A stretch of 64,000 nt of DNA from Actinomycetes bacterium. Lineage in GTDB: Bacteria > Actinomycetota > Thermoleophilia > Solirubrobacterales > JACPNS01. The position numbers and the translations under genes were made by a program. This document shows, piece after piece, positions 1 through 8,289 of this stretch (its first letter is position 1; every line of letters starts with the position of its first letter). The stretch lies in NCBI GenBank assembly GCA_023404495.1, contig JAEYBE010000045.1, positions 6,970 through 70,969 of the forward strand. The letters run 5' to 3'. The notes beneath the pieces are model-generated. The model was not told the DNA's origin. It worked only from the letters and a program-made list of their open reading frames with translations, and did no database searches.

Positions 1-987
1 AGAACCGTTGACAGGATTGAGCGAACCTTGGTCACGCCCGCCGGCAGTGACTGTGAAGAGAAAGTTTTCGATGCTGCTGACATTGCCCGCCGCGTCGATT
101 GCACGCACGCTGCCCAGGTGCAGACCGTTGATGAACTCGCCGGTGTCGACAGAGAACGGCGCAAGGCCACCCGAAGGGCAGGGCTGGCGCAGCGTGTAAG
201 GAGTGCCGCAGCTGCCGCCGGCACTGACAGTGCGGGCCGAGCCGCCGTCAATCGTCAGCTCGACGCGCGCGACGCCGCCCCCGACATCGGTCGCCGTGAC
301 GTCGAGACTCTGGGTGCCTGCGATCGCAGTCGAGCCAGGCAACGTCCCGCCGATCGCCACGATCTGCGGGATCGTTGAGTCTTCCAGGTCGACCCTGGCT
401 GAGACGAACGTGCTGCTGAAGTTCGTCAGGCGATTGGCCGGGCAGCTGCTGGGCGAACCGATGCAGTAGGTGCCGAGCGCCAAGCGGGTGAGCGAGATGC
501 CGGTGCGTTGAACAATCGCCTCGGGAACGACGCAGTCGGTTACGACAGCAGAACAGTCGCGATCGACCACCGTGGATCCGTTGCTCTCGCGTAGGCCGGC
601 CGAAACGGCCGAGTTGCCACTGGAATCGGCGAAGTCCAGATCCACGGACCGGGTCAGCCGGTAGGCGGCGATCGTGGTGCCGGTCGGCGGGTCGAAGACG
701 TACTCTCCGCCGTCGCCACTCTCAAATGCGTCTGTTGTCGAAGCGCTCACGCTGAGATCACCGCACACCGATCCGAAACTGAAGAGCGGCGTCTGGGGCG
801 AGTTCTCCACCGACGTCAGCCACGCGGAATTCGGCAGCGCTTGGCCCGAGGGACCCTCGCACGCGTACACGCTGTACGTCGCAGCACTCGCGGATGAAGT
901 CGTGAAAAGCCCGAGCACGAACAGCGTCAGCGGCAGACTGACTGCCATCAAGATCCGGCTGGTGCGTGTCACGGGATGAATTCGCAT
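1..987 (-). CDS. secreted protein of unknown function (3' end runs off window)
   Basis: Manual translation of the minus strand from ATG at 987 gives MRIHPVTRTSRILMAVSLPLTLFVLGLFTTSSASAATYSVYACEG..., open to position 1. It has a signal-peptide-like N-terminus. It is missing from the ORF track because no stop lies in the window. Confidence 0.6.
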   Translation of the reverse strand, partial: MRIHPVTRTSRILMAVSLPLTLFVLGLFTTSSASAATYSVYACEGPSGQALPNSAWLTSVENSPQTPLFSFGSVCGDLSVSASTTDAFESGDGGEYVFDPPTGTTIAAYRLTRSVDLDFADSSGNSAVSAGLRESNGSTVVDRDCSAVVTDCVVPEAIVQRTGISLTRLALGTYCIGSPSSCPANRLTNFSSTFVSARVDLEDSTIPQIVAIGGTLPGSTAIAGTQSLDVTATDVGGGVARVELTIDGGSARTVSAGGSCGTPYTLRQPCPSGGLAPFSVDTGEFINGLHLGSVRAIDAAGNVSSIENFLFTVTAGGRDQGSLNPVNGS

Positions 988-1484
988 CTCTATGTGAGAA
1001 AGACCCCATTGAAAGTGAATGGTTGTGGTCTACTGAAAATCTAACTGCCGGCCGCATCCGGTAGCTCATTCCCACGGATCGCGACAATACCGCGCGGTGA
1101 GCTGATTTCCGAATGCGACCAGCAGCGGCGTCCCCATGGCAAGGGTGCTGCGGAGTGCCGACCCAACTGGTCCCGATCGTCCTTGATCAAGCGCTCGAGC
1201 AAAGGACTCGAATGACGTTCGCGGCATCTGCCCGAAACCGGAACGTCCGCCATCGCCGAAAGCAGCGCCGGAGCCCCCCGGCGCATAGATGGCTTGTCCT
1301 GCCCTGCCACGTTTCGCACGGGACATCCGACTGACACTGGGGGGCTAAAAGCCGCATCAGCCTCCGCGTGCGAAGTTGCGTGTCCGGAAAACCGCTCCGG
1401 ATCCTTGATGTGAACCTCATGTTCCACATCTGTATGTCGGGACGGGGCGATCTATTCCCCCCCCCTTTGATGCTGCCGGAGGGA

Positions 1485-2279
1485 TTAGCGCTTTCGCGAG
1501 CGCTTGCGGGGCTCGCGTTCGGAGTCCTTCTTCAGACGCAGATCTTCCTTGGCGATGCGCTGGAGGATCTTGCCGAACGCCTCTTCTGCCGCCTGGTCCA
1601 TGTTCACGCGGAACGAGGCGAGCACGGTCTCGGTGGCCAGCGGGCGCAGGGCCTCGATTGCCTCAACAACGCTTGGAAAACTCTCCGGCGGCAGGCCGGC
1701 CTTCTCCTGCGGGCGCACGACGCCGACGTCGACCATCTTCGTGAACGCGTCGGCAATCGCGCGCGAGTGATCGTTGACTTTCTTGAAGAGGTCAAACAGC
1801 ACGTCGACAGGTACGCCGAGCTCGATCGCCTTGATGCCGGCGCGCAGCAGCGTCGGGCTGAGAACTTCGTAGCGGTCATCGCCGAGCGGGATCGCGAAGC
1901 CGAGTTCGACCGACTGCTTGATCATTCGCGAATCGATGTCGCCGATCTCCTTGGCCAGATCCGCGAGGCTCATGACCTCCGACTGCTCTTCGGCGAATGG
2001 CGTCAGCACCAGGTTGCGCAGATCGCCGATGTTGTCGCCGGTCTCTTCGGCGCGCTCGACCAGCCGCTGAATCGCGGTCAGATTGAAGCCGCCGGCCTGC
2101 AACTGCTGTATTAGTTCAAGCCGGGCGATGTGGCGTTCGCCGTAAAAGCCGATACGACCCTGTACGTCGGGTGCGGGGAGCAACCCGCGCGACTGGTGCG
2201 CACGAATGTTGCGCACAGTCATTCCGGTGTGCTGCGCCAGTTCGTCAATCGTCAGTTGGTCAGTGGTTTTGGTCGCCAT
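1485..2279 (-). CDS. MerR family transcriptional regulator with long C-terminal domain
   Basis: N-terminus LTIDELAQHTGMTVRNIRAHQSRGLLPAP is a typical MerR HTH. ATG at 2279. Divergent from the membrane protein gene. Confidence 0.85.
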   Translation of the reverse strand: MATKTTDQLTIDELAQHTGMTVRNIRAHQSRGLLPAPDVQGRIGFYGERHIARLELIQQLQAGGFNLTAIQRLVERAEETGDNIGDLRNLVLTPFAEEQSEVMSLADLAKEIGDIDSRMIKQSVELGFAIPLGDDRYEVLSPTLLRAGIKAIELGVPVDVLFDLFKKVNDHSRAIADAFTKMVDVGVVRPQEKAGLPPESFPSVVEAIEALRPLATETVLASFRVNMDQAAEEAFGKILQRIAKEDLRLKKDSEREPRKRSRKR

Positions 2280-2308
2280 CGAGCAGAAATCCTACATTCA
2301 AGTCGCAC

Positions 2309-2336
2309 TTGCATGGAACATGATTTCATGTAACAT
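2309..2336 (+). promoter_or_regulatory. candidate promoter with spacer palindrome (MerR-type operator)
   Basis: TTGCAT (2309-2314), 16-nt spacer, TAACAT (2331-2336). The spacer holds the palindrome ACATGA-TT-TCATGT (2318-2331). The ATG of the downstream gene lies 7 nt after the -10 box. Confidence 0.35.
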
Positions 2337-2342
2337 AGCCGC

Positions 2343-4250
2343 ATGACACTTGCCTCACTTTCCCCCTTTCTGGCTGCTGCCGAGACCGTCGCCCCAGCAG
2401 GCGGTGCAGCGCTAAAAGAAGTCTTTATCGCCACGATCATGGGCGGCGTCGCCTTCGGTGGCGTCGTATTCCTTGCCCTGGGTCACCGCAGCGGCCGCAT
2501 CCACTGGCTGCAGACAATCGGCGATTTCGCCGGACGCCAGACCGGCCTGCCGGCGTGGGCCGCGCTGCCGCTGGCGCTCTTGACCGGCTCGTTGCTGGCT
2601 GCGGTTTTCGGCCTCTATTGGGACATCTCGCTGCACCTGAACAACGGTCGCGACGAGGGCCCGCTGGCCAACCCCTCGCACTACTTCATCCTGATCGGTC
2701 TGCTCGGCGTCTTCTCCGCCGGCGTGCTCGCGATCACGATGCCCAAGCCGGGCACCAAACCAAGCCCGTGGGCCGTGCGCCTGGCCGAAGGCTGGTACGC
2801 ACCGGTCGGCGGCATTCTGATCGCCGTGTCCGCCGCCTTCGGACTCGTCGGTTTCCCGCTTGACGACCTCTGGCACCGTCTCTTCGGCCAGGACGTGACG
2901 CTCTGGGGTCCGACCCACCTCTTGATGCTGACCGGCGCCGGGCTCTGCTTGATCGGGGCCTCGGTGCTGCTGACCGAAGGCAGCCTTGCGACCGACCGCG
3001 TCCGCGGGGACCGCAAGCCGACTTCGCGCGAGCGCTTCGTCAGCAAGGGCAGGCGCGCGATGGCCGGCGGCGGATTGCTCGCGGCGCTGTCGATCTACAT
3101 GGGCGAGTTCGACTACGGAATTGCGCAGTTCCAGCTCGTCTTCCACCCGCTGATGGCGATGGTCGCCGCCGGCGTGGCACTCGTCTATGCGCGCATGACC
3201 GCCGGCAAGGGCGGTGCGGTGCTTGCGGCGTTGTTCTTCCTGCTCGTGCGCGGCGTGCTCACGCTGATCGTGCATGAGGGTTTTGGCAAGCCGGTTGCCC
3301 ACTTCCCGATCTTCCTCGGCTGCGCTATCGCGGTGGAGCTGGTGGGCCTCGCGATGAGCGGCCGCATCGCCAAGAATCCGGTCCAGTTCGGCATCGCATC
3401 GGGCGCCGCGATCGGAACCCTCGGCCTGATCACCGAATGGGGCTGGAGCCACGTCTGGATGATCTACCCCTGGACCGAGACACTCCTGCCGGAGGGCGCG
3501 ATCATTGGCTTCCTTGCGGCGATCGCCGGAGGTTGCATCGGGGCCTGGATGGCCAACTCGCTGATGTTGCGCGCACGGCCGACCGGCGCTCTGCGTTACG
3601 CGCCGATCGCGTCATTCTTTGTCGTGATCGTGCTCGCCGGCTACGGCCTCGTGCAGGATTCGCCCAAGGGCCTGACCGCGACCTTCACCAACACGCCGGC
3701 GCAGACCGACAAGGCCGGCACCTGGGTGAACACGACCGTCAAGCTCAACACCACCAAGTTCGACCAGGACCAGAAGTGGGCGAAGCAAATTGCTTGGCAG
3801 GGGCCAGGCTTTGTGGTCGCCGATCTCGAGCAGATCGGCCCCGGCGAGTACCGCACGAGCGAGCCGCTCCCGGCGTTTGGCAAGTGGAAGTCGATGGTGC
3901 GCTTCCACAGCGGCAGCTCGATGATGGGCGCGCCGGTCTTCGAGCCCAACGACCCCGCGATCCCGGCGGCAGAGGTGCCTGCCCTGCCGCTCGTCACTCG
4001 CGAGCTCAAGCCCGACCGCGTCGTGCTCCAGCGCGAGGCGAAGTTTGAGGGCGGCTGGCTGCCGATGCTGGGGTACCTCGTGATGTTCGCCGTCGCAATG
4101 CTGCTGCTTGGTCTGCTGGCTTGGGGAATCCAGCGCATCAGCAAGCCACTGACCGACGAACAGGAGTCAGGCGGGGGTCTTGAGGAGCCGAGCCTCGGAC
4201 CCGTGCGCAGCAGCGGGCCCAAACCCAGCGGCACTCCGCGCACCACCTGA
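2343..4250 (+). CDS. polytopic membrane protein of unknown function
   Basis: 635-aa ORF with many hydrophobic segments, a soluble block of about 130 aa near the C-terminus, then a final TM. No family recognised. Confidence 0.7.
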   Translation: MTLASLSPFLAAAETVAPAGGAALKEVFIATIMGGVAFGGVVFLALGHRSGRIHWLQTIGDFAGRQTGLPAWAALPLALLTGSLLAAVFGLYWDISLHLNNGRDEGPLANPSHYFILIGLLGVFSAGVLAITMPKPGTKPSPWAVRLAEGWYAPVGGILIAVSAAFGLVGFPLDDLWHRLFGQDVTLWGPTHLLMLTGAGLCLIGASVLLTEGSLATDRVRGDRKPTSRERFVSKGRRAMAGGGLLAALSIYMGEFDYGIAQFQLVFHPLMAMVAAGVALVYARMTAGKGGAVLAALFFLLVRGVLTLIVHEGFGKPVAHFPIFLGCAIAVELVGLAMSGRIAKNPVQFGIASGAAIGTLGLITEWGWSHVWMIYPWTETLLPEGAIIGFLAAIAGGCIGAWMANSLMLRARPTGALRYAPIASFFVVIVLAGYGLVQDSPKGLTATFTNTPAQTDKAGTWVNTTVKLNTTKFDQDQKWAKQIAWQGPGFVVADLEQIGPGEYRTSEPLPAFGKWKSMVRFHSGSSMMGAPVFEPNDPAIPAAEVPALPLVTRELKPDRVVLQREAKFEGGWLPMLGYLVMFAVAMLLLGLLAWGIQRISKPLTDEQESGGGLEEPSLGPVRSSGPKPSGTPRTT

Positions 4251-4306
4251 TACCAGAGCTACAAGGCCCGGGGGGCGGGAGCCTTTTCAGGTTCTAGGAT
4301 TCCCCC

Positions 4307-4378
4307 GGGTCCTTAGCTCAACTGGTAGAGCATCGGGCTTTTAACCCGACGGACAGGGTTCGAGTCCCTGAGGACCCA
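4307..4378 (+). tRNA. tRNA-Lys (anticodon TTT)
   Basis: Cloverleaf read by eye: acceptor GGGTCCT/AGGACCC, D arm GCTC..GAGC, anticodon stem TCGGG/CCCGA with loop CTTTTAA, T arm CAGGG-TTCGAGT-CCCTG. Confidence 0.9.
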
Positions 4379-4526
4379 CTTTGATTCGCTGACTGGCGCG
4401 ATCTCGTCGATGCTCGCCCGTCAGATTCTCGGTCACGACCGGAAGGTCGCTCCCTCGAACTGTCGGGCTGCGCGTCGACGATCTCACACCATTCAGCGCC
4501 TCAAAGTTTCGTGGGTTGGTTGATGT

Positions 4527-4994
4527 TCAGGCTTCGACCAGGGCTGCCAGCCGGTCGTACGTCTCGAGCATGCCTTCTTCCATGCCGGTGTCCTTCATTG
4601 CTTCCAGCGCTTCGGGCGCGCCGAAGACCGCTGTTGCCGTGAGGCGAGTGCCCTGCTCTGTTGGCTCGAACTCCATCGTCTCCAGGCTGACGTGGCCGGG
4701 GGCTCCCAAGTACTCGAAGGTCTGGACGATGCGCTCGTTCTCTTTGACTTCGTGGTAGACGCCGCGGAAGGCGTGCTCGGGTTCGCCGCCGTCCTGGCCG
4801 ACGTGGACGAATCGCCAAGCTCCGCCGGTGCGGGCGTCGAGTTGCTCGGCGCGGGTCGTGTAGCTGGCCGGGCCCCACCACTGCTCCACCTGTTCTGGCG
4901 TGGTGTAGGCGCGGAAGACCTTCTCGGGCGGCGCGGCCAGCTCGCGTTCCACCCGCAGGTGCTGCTCGTAGTAGGTCACTTTTGATTCGCTCAT
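4527..4994 (-). CDS. SRPBCC / AHSA1 (Aha1-like) domain protein
   Basis: FRAYTTPEQVEQWWGP...GGAWRF... is typical of the Activator-of-Hsp90-ATPase-like SRPBCC family. Start set at internal ATG 4994 (MSESKVTYY), 1 nt after the ArsR stop. Confidence 0.8.
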   Translation of the reverse strand: MSESKVTYYEQHLRVERELAAPPEKVFRAYTTPEQVEQWWGPASYTTRAEQLDARTGGAWRFVHVGQDGGEPEHAFRGVYHEVKENERIVQTFEYLGAPGHVSLETMEFEPTEQGTRLTATAVFGAPEALEAMKDTGMEEGMLETYDRLAALVEA

Positions 4995-4995
4995 C

Positions 4996-5331
4996 TCACT
5001 GCTCCTTTGCCAGGTACTCCGCGAGCGAGTCGATGCGCTGGACGAAGTGCTGCTTGTAGGTCTCCAGTTGATCGATCGCGGCATCGAGCGAACCCTCCAC
5101 CGGCGAGACGATCTGCTGCTTTCCCGACCGCCGCTTTGCGATCAGGCCCGAACGCTCGAGCACCTTGAGGTGCTTCGAGACCGCCGCGAGACTCATCTCA
5201 TAGGGCTCGGCCAGCTCGCTCACTGAGAGTGGCCTGCGCGCGACGCGCGTGAGGATGTCCCTGCGCACGGGGTCTGCGAGGGAACCGAAGATCGAGTCGA
5301 GCGGGGTTGGGGCTGCAATTGATTCAACCAT
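4996..5331 (-). CDS. ArsR/SmtB family transcriptional regulator
   Basis: LADPVRRDILTRV...SVSELAEPYEMSLAAVSKHLKVLERSGLI is a winged HTH. The ArsR-SRPBCC pair is a common operon. ATG 5331 (MVESIAAP) is preferred over the upstream TTG at 5370. Confidence 0.85.
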   Translation of the reverse strand: MVESIAAPTPLDSIFGSLADPVRRDILTRVARRPLSVSELAEPYEMSLAAVSKHLKVLERSGLIAKRRSGKQQIVSPVEGSLDAAIDQLETYKQHFVQRIDSLAEYLAKEQ

Positions 5332-5341
5332 TTGGTTGAAT
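5322..5341. promoter_or_regulatory. 20-bp perfect palindrome, candidate ArsR operator
   Basis: ATTCAACCA-TT-TGGTTGAAT overlaps the proposed ArsR start codon. Confidence 0.35.
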
Positions 5342-5622
5342 GTTAGCCGATCCGCCTCTTTGACGCGCAAGTCGGGGCGCCATTCCTTTGCTATCTAATT
5401 TCTCAGCTAACTCTCAGGAACCGCACATGCACGCTTAACCGCAATCCGCTTAAATGAACCAGTGAGCACAACGGAGCCGATTCGCCGGTTTGAGCGAGCT
5501 TGGCGTCTCGGGTGTGCATCCGGCCTTTGAGCGAGGGCCAGTTGTTTCAAACCGCTGTGCATGACGGCTCCGGCGCCACGAGGTTTCCCCCTCATCCGCC
5601 GGGGCCGTTTCACTTTTGTTGC

Positions 5623-5820
5623 TCAGTGGATGCGGTGGCCCTGGTTGCGCAGGCGCTCGGTGTAGGCACGTGCCTCAACCGCTCGCTCGAGCATCTCGGG
5701 ATCGCGACCGGCGCGGCGCAGGACGTCAGCGGCCGAGGTCCACGACTCTCCTCGCGTGGTCTGCCGTTCGGCGGCTCTCGCCACGGGCTGCTGCTGATCA
5801 ATCGGCCGGCGCCAATCCAT
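5623..5820 (-). CDS. small hypothetical protein (65 aa)
   Basis: This is the only ORF in the 5371-5896 gap whose third codon positions are mostly G/C and whose composition is not Arg/Pro-rich junk. No family recognised. Confidence 0.3.
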   Translation of the reverse strand: MDWRRPIDQQQPVARAAERQTTRGESWTSAADVLRRAGRDPEMLERAVEARAYTERLRNQGHRIH

Positions 5821-5896
5821 GCCATTTCTGTCGGCCGCAGGGCGCGCGTGCTTGAACTAACGCAATGTTGTCCGCGACTTTGGCAGGCGGCGCGGG

Positions 5897-6271
5897 CTAG
5901 GCAGCGTCGCGCTGCGTCGCCGCCCAGACCTGGGCGATGATCGCGAACTGAAGCGGCAGCCGTGCCCACAGTGCCCACGCCGGGAACTGCTTGAAGCGTT
6001 CCGGGTTGACCGCCATGTTGATGTTCGCCGGAAACACGGCGATCAGTAGTGCGATCAGGCCGCGACCGGCGTGCTTTCTGACGCTCGGGATCAGCACGCC
6101 CACGCCGCCGAGGAACTCAGCGACTCCCGAAACGTAGACGAGCGCCTTCGGATTGGGCAGTCCGCGCGGAACGATCGCGGTGAAAAACTTCTCAAGCCAG
6201 AAGTGCGCCGAGCCCGTCGTCATGAACGTGAGCGCGGTGGCGATCTGCAGCGGTGTCGCGCGGCGAACCAT
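5897..6271 (-). CDS. DoxX-like family membrane protein
   Basis: TGSAHFWLEKFFTAIVPRGLPNPKALVYVSGVAEFLGGVGVLIP is a typical DoxX-like pattern. Start set at ATG 6271 (MVRRATPL). Confidence 0.75.
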   Translation of the reverse strand: MVRRATPLQIATALTFMTTGSAHFWLEKFFTAIVPRGLPNPKALVYVSGVAEFLGGVGVLIPSVRKHAGRGLIALLIAVFPANINMAVNPERFKQFPAWALWARLPLQFAIIAQVWAATQRDAA

Positions 6272-6310
6272 CGCCGGGGAGACTACCTGCTTGTTAGCGT
6301 CTGCCCCCAG

Positions 6311-7513
6311 GTGCATCTGGCTGATCAACTCGTCGCGCTGGGCGGAGCCTTTCTGGTGGCCGCGCTGCTCGCGCGCGCCGGCCGTCAGATCGACCTACCG
6401 ACGATCCCGCTCTTCATCCTCGCCGGAATCCTCCTCGGTCCCAACACCCCGGGAATCGTGCTCTTTGAGAACCCGGCGGATCTGAAGCTACTGGCGACGC
6501 TCGGCCTGATTTTTCTGCTCTTCTACCTGGGCCTCGAGTTCTCGATGGAACGGCTCGTGGAAGGCGGTGGCAAGCTCGTGGGGATCGGCGCTGCATACAT
6601 CGCGATCAACGTCGGCGGCGGGTTTGTCTTTGGCCTGACACTCGGATGGGGCTTCGAAGAGGCGCTCGTGCTGGCCGGGGTGCTCGGCATCTCCTCGAGC
6701 GCGATCGCCACGAAGATCCTCGTCGAGCGAAAGCGAATGGACTACCCCGAGACGCCGCTGATTCTTGGGATCATTGTGATCGAGGATCTCTTCCTCGCGC
6801 TCTACCTCGCGGTCGTAACACCAGTGATCTCCGGTGCCGGCGACACGACCGAGATCGCCAAGGATGTGCTCGTCGGGTTTGTTTTCCTTGCGGCACTGGC
6901 CGCCGTCGCCCGCTGGGGAACTGCGATCGTCGCGCGGCTGCTCAACAGCGACTCAGACGAGTTGTTGATCGTCGCGGTTGTGGGACTGACTGTGCTCGTC
7001 TCCGGCATCGCCGAAGAGCTCGGCGTCTCGGACGCGATCGGCGCATTCATGGTCGGGCTGATCATCGGCGAAACCGTGCTGCGCGAGCGCGTCGAAACCA
7101 AGATCCTTCCGCTGCGCGACCTCTTCGGCGCTCTCTTCTTCTTTCATTTCGGTCTGCTGCTCGTGCCGGCCGACGTACTCGATCTCGCCCCCCTGGTCGC
7201 GATCGCCGTTCTGCTGACGATGCTGCTCAACTGGATCGCCGGCGTATTGGCCGCGCGAGTCTCGGAGCTCGGTCGGCTCGAAGCCGCTCGCATCGCGCTG
7301 ACGGTCTTCGCCCGCGGGGAGTTCGCGCTGATTCTGGTCACGCTCGCCGGGACCGCCGGGCTGGACCAGCGGATCTCGTCCTTCACCGCCGGCTACGTCT
7401 TCGTGCTGGCGATCATCGGACCGCTGCTTGCATCGCGCGCCAAGTACCTGCTGGCGTTTTTCCCGCAACGCTTGTTCCCTGCGGAACGAAGCGCCCCCGA
7501 AGGAACCGCCTAG
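6311..7513 (+). CDS. cation:proton antiporter (CPA2/Kef-type membrane domain)
   Basis: LPTIPLFILAGILLGPNTPG, and a Na+/H+ exchanger-like multi-TM pattern throughout. GTG at 6311 is in frame and avoids overlap with the divergent DoxX gene. Confidence 0.85.
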   Translation: MHLADQLVALGGAFLVAALLARAGRQIDLPTIPLFILAGILLGPNTPGIVLFENPADLKLLATLGLIFLLFYLGLEFSMERLVEGGGKLVGIGAAYIAINVGGGFVFGLTLGWGFEEALVLAGVLGISSSAIATKILVERKRMDYPETPLILGIIVIEDLFLALYLAVVTPVISGAGDTTEIAKDVLVGFVFLAALAAVARWGTAIVARLLNSDSDELLIVAVVGLTVLVSGIAEELGVSDAIGAFMVGLIIGETVLRERVETKILPLRDLFGALFFFHFGLLLVPADVLDLAPLVAIAVLLTMLLNWIAGVLAARVSELGRLEAARIALTVFARGEFALILVTLAGTAGLDQRISSFTAGYVFVLAIIGPLLASRAKYLLAFFPQRLFPAERSAPEGTA

Positions 7514-7532
7514 TAATCTCCAGGCCAGCCAC

Positions 7533-7604
7533 GGCCCCATCGTCTAATGGTTAGGACGTCGGCTTTTCAAGCCGAAAACCGGGGTTCGACTCCCCGTGGG
7601 GCTA
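7533..7604 (+). tRNA. tRNA-Glu (anticodon TTC)
   Basis: Acceptor GGCCCCA/TGGGGCT, anticodon stem TCGGC/GCCGA with loop TTTTCAA, T arm CGGGG-TTCGACT-CCCCG. Confidence 0.9.
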
Positions 7605-8132
7605 CTTGCTCGCCAGCTCTCCAGTGGGAGTCACGGCAGACCAGGTCGCACCGAAGGACTCCTTGTCGTTGCCAAGCACACTGTCCTCGCCCTGGTCGTC
7701 CGAGAAGTAATAGAGCGGGTGTCCGCCGTAGGTCAGCTGGTTGGAATCCTTCGCGTACTCGACAGCGCCGACCTTCTCGCGTTCGATCGCGCCGGAGATG
7801 CTCACGCCGCGCCCGACGATCACCGGCAGCCACTTCCAGGCGCACTCGCCGCGACAGTCGAGCGTCTTGCCTGAGTCTGTCCGGAAGGTGTAGAGGGTCC
7901 GCTCTTCCTGGCCGGCGATGACTTCGCCGACCTTCGACTTCTTGGTCGAAAGCGGCACCGCGCCGTCCGCGTCGGTGATCGTCACCTCGACCGATGCCCC
8001 GGGCGCGCCGGTGTACGCGGTCTTGCCCTTGGGCTTGTCGTCGCCGCCGCAGCCGACCAATGTGATCGCCAGCACGGCGATCAGCAGCAGCCCGCTCAGC
8101 TTCGTTCCTTGGCTCATTTTCTCCATGCTCAT
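7602..8132 (-). CDS. lipoprotein with Yx(FWY)xxD repeats (COG4315-like)
   Basis: Lipobox LAITLVGCGG. Motifs RTLYTFRTD and HPLYYFSDD, plus CRGECAWKWLP, are typical of the secreted-repeat lipoprotein family. Confidence 0.8.
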   Translation of the reverse strand: MSMEKMSQGTKLSGLLLIAVLAITLVGCGGDDKPKGKTAYTGAPGASVEVTITDADGAVPLSTKKSKVGEVIAGQEERTLYTFRTDSGKTLDCRGECAWKWLPVIVGRGVSISGAIEREKVGAVEYAKDSNQLTYGGHPLYYFSDDQGEDSVLGNDKESFGATWSAVTPTGELASK

Positions 8133-8289
8133 ATAACAACCGTAAACGAGAAAGGACGCCCTCCCAGGTGGCGCCCTTTCTCTGCTCGGTTTCTACTCGG
8201 GGGGAGTCGCGCGGGCTGCTCGGTAAAGCCGCGCCAACCGAAGTGAGATCCTGATTCCACCCGTGGCCGTGGCTGACCTGCCGGCGCGC

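Noticed and set aside
1041-1429. Cluster of overlapping 73-128 aa ORFs in three frames.
   Set aside because: They are mutually exclusive, low-complexity and carry no recognisable domain. The region is reported instead as a gene-poor gap.
2412-3452. 346-aa ORF antisense to the membrane protein gene. Similar long antisense or alternate-frame ORFs occur at 8952-10178, 16361-17521, 20626-21252, 28254-29261, 30093-31535, 57447-58553, 60617-61654, 62297-63187 and 63326-63982.
   Set aside because: Their translations are Arg/Ala/Gly/Pro/His-rich low-complexity strings, typical of shadow ORFs in GC-rich DNA. Each is fully covered by an opposite- or other-frame gene with clear family motifs.
4379-4526. 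Possible island next to tRNA-Lys (and likewise next to tRNA-Glu and tRNA-Asp).
   Set aside because: No repeat of the tRNA 3' ends was noticed downstream and no integrase is present. The neighbouring genes look like ordinary backbone genes.
5500-5978. 146-aa (plus) and 122-aa (minus) ORFs in the gap after the ArsR gene.
   Set aside because: Both are low-complexity Arg/Pro/Ala-rich with no motifs. Only the shorter 5623-5820 frame was kept, at low confidence.
6646-7554. 302-aa plus-strand ORF overlapping the antiporter gene in another frame.
   Set aside because: The translation is extremely Arg-rich and the antiporter frame has unambiguous TM and CPA2 features. This is an alternate-frame artefact.
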